A stretch of DNA of 64,000 bases from Klebsormidium nitens (lineage: Eukaryota > Plantae > Klebsormidiophyceae), in the NCBI GenBank assembly GCA_000708835.1, contig DF236954.1, positions 450,842-514,841 of the forward strand, read 5' to 3'. The notes beneath the pieces were generated by a model. That model searched no databases. It was not told where the DNA came from and was given only the letters and a program-made list of their open reading frames with translations. The translations under genes and the position numbers were made by a program. Below are positions 10,696-22,100 of this stretch, one piece after another (within the stretch, counting starts at the first letter, position 1; the number at the start of each line of letters is the position of its first letter).

Positions 10696-13600
10696 TCAAT
10701 GATAAATACCCGTGTCTTTTTCCGCCGGCTTATTTACCCCCCACCAAATAGCTAAAATAATCACTAAAACGGAGACAAGACCGAACAGGACTTCACGCAC
10801 TGTCTTATGTACAATCTTCATTGGCGGCACCGGATACTTCCCTTCCTGCAGACGAGGCGAAGCAGAATTTTCAGGACCCCATGCGGAGGGGGAGTAGGCA
10901 ATTGAGCCACGCACGTTGTTGAAGCGTGGTTGAACCAACAAAATCTGACTTGTCAAGTAAAGGGAGAGCGTACGAACCAAACGAATTCAAAAATCAAGTG
11001 TCATCTGTAACGGACCCAACTTGAATCTCTGGGAAACGCATGGTCGAGACGAACGAAAGGAAACCGGATCCTTTCGGAGCACAATTGCGCTTCCCAAAGT
11101 ACTCCCTCACAAGGTTTGCGCAAACGCCGTTGCGCAATCCTACCTCAACCTTCTTCTGCACATCTGTTTAAGCACACCTGTCTTGACATTTCTCCGATCC
11201 TCGTGACAAAGGTCTTACGATACCCAGCCAGCCTTGAACCAAAGAACCTCATCCTTTGTAAAGTTGCAGCTAAATATCGAGCATGTGAAGATCGACGGCG
11301 CACCTTGTTTTTGATCGTCTCGTCGGCCCCTAGCTGTACGAGAAGATTGTACGTCCCGTTGCCCCAGTGATGCACCCCCGCCAAGTGAAGCGCCGTGTTC
11401 CCGTCCTGCGCCGTAGAAACAGCAAGTTAGTATCCCCTCCGTCTGGTGCTCTCAAAGTCCGTGACTTGGAGGACGCCGTTTCAGGGAGGGAACAGCGAAT
11501 GATCCTTCACGTGCAGGACCTCAAAGTCACATGCTGTGAAGGATGGTGAGAGGTCAGTGTAACGCAGTCTGGAACCTTCCGCACTTCCAGCGTTTCTCAA
11601 AAACGTACAGGCGAGGTTTCTGTAGAGCATGCTTGAAAAACGGACGCGTGATCATCTCTCCAACCCCGCTCGTTTCATTAAGGGGTACTCAACCAAGCGC
11701 TGGGCAGGTGCGGCTCTGCAAGATTTCCCTCAGAGCAGGAGCGCTTACGCCTCCGCTATTTGCAGCATCTTCGGAGGCTCGCAAAGCAATTGAGGTGCCT
11801 CATGTAGGTTTTGAGATCCAATCGACGTTCGCTTCATTGGCTGCTCCAGCCAAGGATCCCAATAGGCATCCCAATAGATCCCAAAATCAAAACCTGGAAA
11901 GCTGAAGAGCCAAGAGCGAAGCGGTCCGATTCGACCTCTGACATCGTCCACCAAAGACGAGGTCTGCTCAGTTTAGCATGATACCTTGAGACCGGAACTC
12001 TCGTACCTTGACGCCCAACAATAAAATCCAAAGAGGGTGAGCGAAGCGTTCCCAGGCAGCCCTCACCTCGTCTGGAAACCGAGGTCCGCTCTTCCAATCG
12101 GAATAGGTAGTCGAGACCCAAATCGTCAAAGCAAAAATCTGGAGATAAAAGATCGGCCCAGCAGAGCATTCCGGACGACCCCTCACCTCGTCCGGAAAGC
12201 CGAGGTCCGCTCTTCCAAGCGTGATACTGGACAACCTCGAGACCGACACGTCAAACAATAAAGCCCAAACATTAAAGGGGCCAAAGGCAGCTTCCGGGCG
12301 GCTTCTCACCTCGTCCGTGAAGTCGAGGTCTGATCTTCCAAGCGTGAGACTTCCATACCAGAACCTTCAAATCTTGAATCCCAAAACGGATAAAGAGGCC
12401 CATCAAAGCAATTCCAAGCGACCACTCCCCTCGTCCTTTGAAGTCTGCCGTCGGCTCTTCCAAGCCTAACGTTCCACAACCTCGCGTTCTGGAACCGTGA
12501 AGTATAAGCCCAGAACCCTGACCCCTCGAGACAGCCAGCAAGCGTCCCAGGGGGATCCCCTCACCTCGTCCGTGAAGTCGAGGTCCGCTCGGTGAATCGC
12601 GCACCGTTTTTTCTTGCACGCGTGGCACTTGGGGTCACTGAGAGAGGCCAAGTATTCGATGACGTGGTCGTATCGCTCAAAGACGGCGCCGAACACCGGG
12701 ATTTGCCGGCTCTGTGAGGGGTTGAGAGAGGTGACGTGAGCAGGTAAGAGATCGACGTTTGGGACCCGGCGACACATTCTTAGGCGCTTTTAAGCCAGTG
12801 GGATTGACAGTTGCGTGAAAGAGTAAGAATGGCAAGGAGCAACTAGGAGAGCGACACTTTGGATTACGTATAGTTTACGGACCGTAGAACTGGCCGCAGA
12901 GATTTAACACCAGAATATCTACGGGGACTGCCAGCTCTGCCGGGGGGCAGGGCTAAGACCTGTGGAATGTTTGCCACGCAGCACTAGCATCCACTGAAAG
13001 CCCCAGATACTCATCATACTGGCAAAACGGATGGAGGGAGAGCATGGATTCCGAGCCGAAATTAGTGATCCCTCCTGAGTATAACCCTCTACGTTCGGCG
13101 GTCTAGGTTGAATGAAACCACCAAACTTGACCGTCAATCACATGGGTTTTGGTTGAAGGGAATAACCAGGGAGTCCACCGGGAGTCCCTGTTCTCCTTCC
13201 ATCTGTTCGAGCAGCAGCGGTTCAACAAACAAGGTTTCCGCCGTATTCAGGCAAGAAGTTTGTCTCGGCCTGGCGACCTGATTGTCCCACTTTTCACCTT
13301 GCGCATCTTGTTTGTGCGAAAAAGATACTTAACACTCCCTCAAAGACGTGGCCGAACCTTGTACCTCGTTGGACTTCACCGCAAAAGAACGTGCTTGCAT
13401 TGCGCAAGTGGAAAGCTGACGCCACAAATTCTCCACAAAAACCGCTGGCGCCAATATGTGACTGCATAATCTTCGAAGACAAAGGCCCAGGAAGGATCCA
13501 CTCACATCGTTCACTGCGTTCACTTCCGCTCCGTGCTCTACCAACAGCTGGCTCATCCGTTTGCTCCCCTTCACAGTCGCGTAATGCAGCGGCGTATTCC

Positions 13601-14919
13601 CCTCAAAGTTTCTGCAGTTTGGGTCGTTGATCTTCTCCTTCAGAATGTACTCAGCTACCTCAAAGCTGAGCTTTTGGACTGCCCAATGCAGCGGCAACGT
13701 GCCTCGTTCTCCATCCTGCGAGTGTGAAGGAGCCCCAGTGTGAACACTCTGGTTGGAGCTAGCATTTTAGAGGCACACAGTACATCTCTAACGATTGCAT
13801 TTAGAGTCAAATGTTGGATTTTTTTTCCGGGGCTTGAACATACTTCGAGTTCCGAAGACCCTCGCTTGGTCTGTGCCCACTAGGAGTTTGTCTTTCTGCC
13901 TCTTGTCAGAGGCCCTTGGTCAGATGAGTGAAGTGCAGAAAAGAGAGGACTTTTGCTTATGTGCGTCGATCAACCAAAGCCCAACCAGCCAATGTGTATT
14001 TCAGTAGAGAGGGTGGGATGAGTACAACGTCATAGAATGTTTGGAGGGCTCAACATTTCACACATCTTCAACCGTGTTGAACTTATGTCCTCTTTTGTTG
14101 GCCATGAACATTGTAATAGAGTGCGCTCTTCAGAATAAGGGTTTGCTTGAATTAGGGTTTGACCCTTCGGCGGAACTCGGACAAAGAATGAGTTTCCAAT
14201 CCATGTCACCCCACAGCGGCTCAGGTCTTGACCTCTCTACTGCCAGACGACCATCTTGAATGCCATTCCAGCCCTCCCCTTCTTGGGGCTGCCTGTGTCT
14301 TTCTGGTGAAATTCAAACAGCTCAAAGCCCGTGGTAAGACTTTCCGCATCTAACTTAAGTTTGACGACGATCCAACATTTTCTGGAGTTGTCCCGGAAGG
14401 TGACGACCCCACCTAAGCCATCAGACAGATCTAAGCGATAACTTTCTTTCATCACTGGGACCTCCTCCTTCTTTCCAACATTCCGAGTAGCATCGGCTTT
14501 CTCCTTCTGCCAATGCGCAGAAAGAACTTACAAGAGAGAAGAGAGTTCACAACATTGCTCGGAGCTCTTATACAAATAACGCTTTAGTAGGAAGCGCACT
14601 TTAGATCCAGGTGAGAGAAGGTCAAAGTAGCAAATGCAGACGACAGATCCTAGTTGAAAGGTCACAACGGGGTTTTGAATAGTTGCACATGTGCACATGG
14701 GACCTCAGAAATAACATAGGTCAACCACTTATCAAAGGCACTTGCAAATGTGGTGGTAACTTGACTAACCTTCTGGTTTGGGTCCAGACCAACTTTCAGC
14801 GCCTCCTTGAAAAGGTTTAGATCGCCCCTTTCCGCTGCAATATGCGGAACCAGGAGGTTCTCATCCACGCCAGGACTTATACCCCACTGCTTCAGCAGCT
14901 CGGTCCTGATCGTGTCCAT
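10696..14919 (-). CDS. Ankyrin-repeat protein with C-terminal transmembrane anchor (~252 aa; 5' end uncertain)
   Basis: Exons 14919-14770, 13715-13506, 12711-12565, 11405-11304, 10845-10696, all phase 0. They join into ankyrin motifs (PHIAAERG, LPLHWAV, GNTPLHYA, GADLDFTDE|DGNTALHLA-like, KNK|EGKYP) and a hydrophobic tail VLFGLVSVLVIILAIWWGV. An AG at about 14930 suggests a possible upstream exon. Confidence 0.8.
11930..12590 (-). repeat. ~120-bp-period tandem array of copies of the ankyrin exon-3 end plus donor site
   Basis: Motif CTCACCTCGTCCG(T/G)(G/A)AAG.CGAGGTC at about 12560 (real junction), 12425, 12305, 12182, 12062 and 11937. The 12305 copy is identical to the real junction over 26 nt. 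Confidence 0.85.
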
Positions 14920-16199
14920 TTCCAGTTGCTGATGTCAGCAAGAGCTCGCCCTTGACCACCTTCCAGGAGCTTATTTTCAGTCGTTGGACCAAATGCAGAA
15001 CCGGAGTCAGAAACTCTCTTCTTTGAACGATCTCTCGGAGCTCGCTACTAGTACCAAAGTCGCCCAATCTGACTGGTAAGAACGAGCTGCAGTGAATGTC
15101 TCTGGAACGAATGCTGAGAGTCAGTACTTCGAGATCCCGCTCAGCAGCGCAGATGAACCTTGAATCTGTTGGCACCAACTTTTTGGACTATGTGCAAATG
15201 CTGCTGCCTTTTACTATGCAACAAGACGTGCGGCCAACTGGGTGAGCTAAGTATGTACGGTAGAAGCAATTTGTTTGAAGACTGACATCAAACTCGCTTG
15301 CTTTACGTACCTACCTTTATCATTGATGATTGAGTTGAACCCAGAGCACGAGCTAGCTAGGCTCTAGCCCATCCTCGCAGAAATGAAAGTGCCAAGTGGC
15401 CTCATGAGTTGTGCTAGTCAAATGTCAGGGCGACTGCGACGTCAAGACTCTGATCGATCAAGAGGGAGTGCGCTTTTTGGCCACAGGGTTACCACGTGTA
15501 CCACATGTCATTCGCCAGCCGTCGGATCGGAATAACTGGTTTGCGAATCGTCCGATATTGGCTCTTGCGATGTCATGTGAACCAGAAAGCCAGCGGCACG
15601 CATGGAGTACCCAGGTCTACACCATACCTATACCTAGTACTACTGTGGTACGCGTACTCAGACATTATGATCCATGTCATGAGGACAACCTTGTATATTA
15701 CCAAACATCAAGGACAAAACTCTCAGTAGGTATTCTATCCGAACTTGGCATAGTACTCCAGCCTGGTGTCGGCTGGGTATGTGAGTCTTTCAACAGCTTC
15801 CGTTCCTAACAGCACTGTCAGCAGTACGGATCAAGCAGATTGATCACAAAGCTTGTATGCTGATTAGTACGACCAATCAGGAGGCTCGGATGAGGCTTCG
15901 AAAGGGCTTTGAAGCAAAATCCTGCTTCCGACAAAATCCTGAGATGTGCTCGTTACGTGGCCCTGAATCCATGGTCGATCAATCTCAGAACATATACGCG
16001 ACCGTGTTGACTGCGAATCTGAGGATCTCGCTTTGCAATGTGTAGATGCATTGCATATGGCATCATGTTGCGGCAAGTTCCAAAGTTTCTTTTCGGCCGT
16101 GTTGACCTCTTTGACTTCGAACGCATCCACTGTAACGCTGTTTGACCCAATGCAAGCTTCCGAACCCCTGGCTAGAACATCAAGCGCTGCGCATCTGAA

Positions 16200-17130
16200 G
16201 AGTGCATTGAAAGCGATTGTGGATGTGTTGAGAAATGGTACTTAGTAGTATGTGCAGTGCATGGCTTTCTCACCAAAGCAATCTATACCAAGACGATAAT
16301 CTGCATCATCAAAAACTCTGCGATGCTCGAGCTAGTAGTGACACCTCGCGATGCTCAAGGACCGGCACCGCCATACATACAAGTCCTTCCCACGAAGGAA
16401 GTGTAAACTCGAAGACGCAACGACGCCAATCGGCTGCTCCAAGCTTAGCGGCGCGGCCTGCGAGACGTTGTCAAGCGTGGACGCTTGAACCCCAGAGCAA
16501 GCGCCGTGAGAGCGGTCTGATCCTAGCAACATATCCACCAGCTAAACGTCTAGCATCAATAAAGTTGTCCTTTTCCATTTGCTGTTCTCTCGCATATAAC
16601 TAGCTTTTCTCAGCAGCACGCGCCAAGGAAAAGATTCGTTTCACCGGGCCGAGACCTGCGTTTCCTTGTGGCCGTCGAAACTGCATCCGAACGCTTTATC
16701 GCATTCCAACCTTCTCGTGGCTCAAAGCAGCATTATGACGTCAGAACCCCCACAACAAGCACAACCACCCCACTTAAGAATCAAGTCTGCACCCATTTCT
16801 GTTAATTGGTCCCAGCGCCGGGGATCCCTTTCTTGAATGGCCTTCGGCAGCCTCCAGTCGCACTGCCACACCGCCACCGCACTGCTCAAACGGAACCTCG
16901 TCACAATGGAGTGCCCCCGTGGGGCGGGTTCTAGAACCGGGTCGCTGCTCGGAGAGAACGCGCACGAGCTTCTGAGCCGGAGTCAGGAGTTGAGCTGCAA
17001 TGGGGGGGCGATGCACCAGGCGGCGAAAGGCCTTGCAGACGTGGGGGCTGCCGGGGCGAAGGTGAGGATCGTTGGGTTACTGCGGAGGTGTCGGGTAAAA
17101 CGGGGCCTCCTTTCTGGCATGGATTGAGGA
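16200..17130 (-). pseudogene. Possible second decayed F-box-like gene
   Basis: Fragments LPD...ILTF...PHVCKAFRRLV...P can be threaded across frames at about 17090-17010, followed by protein-like but stop-interrupted text (WRLPKAIQERDPRRWDQLTEMGADLILKW). Boundaries are approximate. Confidence 0.3.
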
Positions 17131-19163
17131 AAGTGGTGAAGCGGCAGAATTCACCTAGGTGGGAAGTTATTTGAAACGTAGTAGTGGCGCTTTGCTGAGG
17201 TGAACCGTGAAAGACCGTTTCCTGAGACAGTCCTTGTCTTCATTACGGTCATTATGGCGATGTTGCGACGGGCCCAAAAGAATGTTTGCAGCACTTTTTC
17301 AGAGCATTTGCTCTACAAGCGAGGACTCTTTAGTTCCAGCTGGATCTGCAGATCAGTCCAGGAAATAGTTTCACGGTTCTTGGCAGAGAGACTTTCCACT
17401 TCGTCGACAAGATAAGTTTCCTTGCTGAAGTGGGAAGTCGATGTTGTTCACGGCCATGAGTGGCTGATTGACCGTGGTCTGTTGAAGTCGTAGTTTCATC
17501 GAAAACAGTCCAAAAATACTCCAGCTTGACTGTGAGTCTCACGATCAGTATCTCTTCGAAGCGAGAGAGGAAAGCGCACCTTACGGGGCTTTTAATACAG
17601 CTTGGAATGCTGACCGTTTTCTTGACCGTGTTGATCACCGTTCTCGGCCAGTTGGCAACAATCAGCTGGCCTCTGATTCAAGAAAGGTTTTGAGCTTCGG
17701 GCTGACATCAACGGTTCCACCCCTTAATCTTGCTGCCTACCTAATCGCTGGAATTCTTGTTCTTGAGTCCGCTGATAAGCGATGTCCTTTTGGTTCTTAG
17801 GGCGGTTCCGGCCCCCAGAGCGGAAGCCTGGCCGGAGAGAGCATCCAGATGGTGCTCGAATGGACCCTGCCCCGGGACGCCTATAACGTGCTCCGCTCGT
17901 TCCGCTTCCGGAATGACGACATCAAGATGGTATTCGCGGCGCAGACGGCAGTAGGGGGCGCTTTCGACTGATCATATCTAAATGCAAGAGCTCATACTGG
18001 CCGCATCGGCATGGCACGCAAGCCCATGAGTAAAATGGAACCGGGGCGGAATCATTCCGGCCAGCCGGCCGGGTTTGCATCAGTAGGCGATCGATTGCAG
18101 ACGGGCAGAGATCAACTATATGCGACGGTGTGACATTAGGTCTTCAAGTGAGTCTTTAGCATCATTCCGTACAGGCAGATCGATTGATAGAAGCGGCAGC
18201 TCCAAACCAGTGTGCGGGCCCAATGTAGCGCCGTGACTGAGCCCCATCCAAGCAAGTGCATGCACGTGAGAATCAAGTACAATATGTCGAACACATGTAC
18301 AATACTCGATCATGCATGCCATCGTGCATGTGGGGCCCGCCCGTCACTGTCTTTTTGATTCGGAAGATCATCTCCGCGCCAGTGTAACGTAGTTGCTAGC
18401 CTTGATGCATCACTACGTTAGAATGCAAGCCAGATTTTGGGAGTCACTGCATATTTGGTGAGCCCTTCTCGACGGTGCCATGCAGGATTGTGATCGGATG
18501 ACTTACGTTGCTTTTAAACGTCAAAAACAATTGCATCAATCGATCTTTGAAGAGAGCGCGCGGCATGCATGGATCAGATTGTGACGGTGCCATGCGGATT
18601 ACCTCTAGGTACTCCAGGCTGTCCAGTCGCCCACGCAACCGTCATGACGGCGAACCAACTAACAGATCAAGGTCACTGTGGCAGAATTTTTTTGGTAATG
18701 ATCCGGCCTCAGACAGGAGTTAAACCGGAGCTTGAAGGTCCAGACTTCCTTGCAGACTTTGTTTGTAAGTCATACTTTAGCTAGGCTTTTTGCTAAAACT
18801 TCGACTCTTCGTTGCTCTTTACTTTTTGAAGTTCCGCTGACTTGGCAGTTTTTGCGCAGAAGGTCAACCAGGCTCTCAAATTGCTACACACAAATTCATC
18901 GGACTTAGACGGTCCGGTCCAATTTGACATATTCGAAACCGATCCATGCTGCCCCAAGTTGCCGGGCCATACGATCCCAAAGCCCCATCTTATATGCACG
19001 CCTAAACTCACAGCCATGCGGTTCCCTACCATTCTTCCCACTTTTACTCAAAAGCAGACACGAAGCGTTTCGTTGGATATGACATCTCCCGTCCATCCTA
19101 AGATTCCCTGCCTACACGACCCCCTACTTCAGCCTCTTCTGCTCCCCCCCTCCCAATTCCCGC

Positions 19164-22100
19164 CTACACGACCCCCTGTTTCAGCAACTGCTGCAGCTTG
19201 CTCTTCTCCTTCTCCACGCGATTCGCCTGGGCCTTGTAGTTGACGAACGCCTTGCGGGCCTCGGCCTCCATCTGGTTGACCCGCTCTAGTTCCGCCTCCA
19301 TCAGCCCCTTCTGCTCCTCCAGGCACTTGCTCAGGTCCTCAAACTCCTTGCCGCTCTTCTCACGCTCGGCTGCACATATACATCACGGGTTTGGACTTCG
19401 TGCTTCAGCGCTTCAACGTCACAGATAAGTCAGACCATACGGGAATTTGCTCCCTTCTGACCCTCTGAAACTTGGTGCCGCTGCACTTTGTTGGTGAAGG
19501 CCATTTGACCTGGTAGTTCTTATTGATATTTGGATGTAGAGGATACTGTGTTTTCAGGGTTTTGCTCAGCTCCTCAAACCTCCCAACCGCTGCGTTTCCG
19601 CCTGGCGCCACATTCAGTCCAAATTTGAAAGAGACCTGCAACCTCTGGTTTAAATCACCACTCACTTGGATCTGATTTTCGAACACCATGCGCCCCAGCT
19701 TGACGTAGACCTCGACCTTCAATTTCGACTTTACTTCGAAGGTTTCGTGCTACTGACAGAAATGAGAAGAAAAGGCCGAGCTCAGTCAGCAGCCCCACCT
19801 TGAGATACTGTACAAGCTCACCTTGAATATGGTCGACCTTGCGCCGCAGCTTCACGTAGACCCGCTGTCGAGAACCCTTGGCCACCAGAACGTCAGTCTT
19901 TAGGATTGAAAAACTTCCTTCTCTGTTCCATTACCTTGTCGGCTCACCTTGGATCTGGCCCTCGGGATTGCGCCCGAGGTTGATGCAGACCCTCTGCGGA
20001 GAACCAATGGCCTCCAAACTCTTAGTTCTCACAATTTCTCAAAACTCTGCAGGCTCACCTCGAATCTGGTCCTCGGAAGTCTTGCGCCCAAGCTCGATGT
20101 AGACCCTCTGCGGAGAACCAATGGCCACCAAACTCCCACTTCTTACGACTAAAAACTTCTCAAAATTTTGCAGGCTCACCTTGGATCTGGTCCTCCGGGA
20201 TCTTGCGCCCCAGCTTGACGTACACCTCCACCTTGCGCTTCAGCTGCTCCACGTTCATTCTGCGCGCCTCGTTCAGCTCGCGCAGGGAGTCCTGCCACTC
20301 GGCCTGCTTCGCCTCGCGCGCCGTCTGCACCGTGCCGCCGAACGACGTCTCCCACGGGGACTTGGGCTTAGCCAGCTCTTCAGCCGCAGTGTCGGGAATG
20401 CCGATCAGGGCTGCAAAAAGAAGAGAGCGGCTATGAGCTCAGTCCAGATTTAGAGGGAATCGGGTCTTTTGAAGTTCAGGTCTCGATTTCATTCAAACCC
20501 CATTGAAACCCCCTTTGCAGTGTCTCATTTCCGAGGCGACCTGGGCTTGGCCAGCTCGTCGGCCGCAGGGTTGGGGAGCCCGATCAGCGCTGCAGAGGGA
20601 AAGAAAGGGTCAAGACTCAAAGTAGAGAGTTCTTAGAAACTACTGACTACCTTATTCTTGCAAAATTTGTACCGGGCGGCCGAAGGACGCCTCTCATGGC
20701 GACTTGGGCTTGGCCAGCTCCTCGGCCGCAGTGTCGGGGAGGGGAATCAGAGCTGCGGAGGCAAAATCAAGCGTCGAAACTCAAAATTGATGAATTATAG
20801 ATAACTATTGACTCTCTATTAGATTCCCGCGCCCTCTGCACTGCGCAAACAAACGACGCCTCCCACGGCGACCCGGATCTGGCAGCTCCTCGGCTGCAAG
20901 GAGAGGGCAAACAGGTCTGTGGAGACAATCTCAAGACTCAAATCTCCGCTTCCTCAAGCTTTGGTTATCAAAGTTTGTCATGAATTTGGTGACGTCATAG
21001 GTCTTCTCTCCTAGTCGTCAGGGCGTCCAGCTTTGCGCTGCGCTGTGTATAGAGCGGCCCGACTATTAGAGACGAGCGACTCTAGTGATTAGCCACTGGT
21101 TGCGAGAAAGAACGTTCTGACCGACGTCAACACCCCCGCCTGACAAGTGGCAAAGCAAGGCAACTCGAGCTAGCGGAAACACCCCGCTTCAATGAGCACA
21201 TCAGAGCAGAAGTTTCCTCCTCCCGGGCCACAGCACCAAGTTCGTTGCAAAGCACAACCGAGCGTTGGTGCTCAAGCTTCCCTACATGAAAGACTGCAGA
21301 TCTAAAGAAGAGAGGCCGAGCAGAACTAGAGAAGGGCGAGCGAAGGGGCTACATGAGAGACTGCAGATCTAAAGTAAAGAGGCCGAGCAGAACTAGAGAA
21401 GGGCGAGCGGAGGGGGCGGTCCGACCTTCGAGCGCCTGGATGTCGCGCACCGCCGTCTCGTACGCTTGCTGCAGCTTCGTCTTTTCCTCCTCGATCTTCT
21501 TGCGCTGCGCCTCCTGCTCCTCTTTGCGCCGGGCCACCAGGTGCTCTAGAGCTTCCTTGTGGGCCCTGCACCACAAGACAGAAAGCAGGAACTTTTAGAG
21601 GTCTCAAAGTTGTAGTGGTAGCTGGAGGCAGTCGTTTTTCCGTTTTTTGGAGCTTGGCACCAGCTAGAGCTTCACCGAGGGACTGGCAATCCAGATAGTA
21701 GAGCCAGGATTTTGAACGGTTTCAGAGGTTCATGAGGATCCGAAGATAGCCCTCTTCCCGGTCGAAGGTCTGGCACCAGCTAGAGCTTCCTTGTGAGCCC
21801 TGTACCAGAGAGAGGACAGCAGGAACTTTTAGAGGTTCGGCAGAATAAGTACTCAGGGACAGCCTTGATGAACTGGCTTTTGGCGCAGCTAAAGCTTACT
21901 TGTCGGCCTGCACCGCAGATGGTACGGCGAAAAGCTTCACATGTCTCAAAGATGCAAAGATGAGCAGGAGGCACGCTTAAGATACAATCTGGGCCTTGGA
22001 ATCCGCTGGAGCTCCCCCGTGAACCCTGCACCGGAGGTGAGATGGCGGGATTTTTGAGAGGATGGGCATGGGTGATTGCTATTGGTGGTTTGGCACCTTT

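Noticed and set aside
11930-12590. Regularly spaced ~35-nt repeats with variable spacers, CRISPR-like at first sight
   Set aside because: Eukaryotic intron; the spacers resemble each other, the repeat is the adjacent exon/donor junction, and there are no cas genes.
14237-14540. Protein-like ORF inside ankyrin intron 1
   Set aside because: No convincing in-phase splice sites, and exons 1 and 2 join into a proper ankyrin repeat without it.
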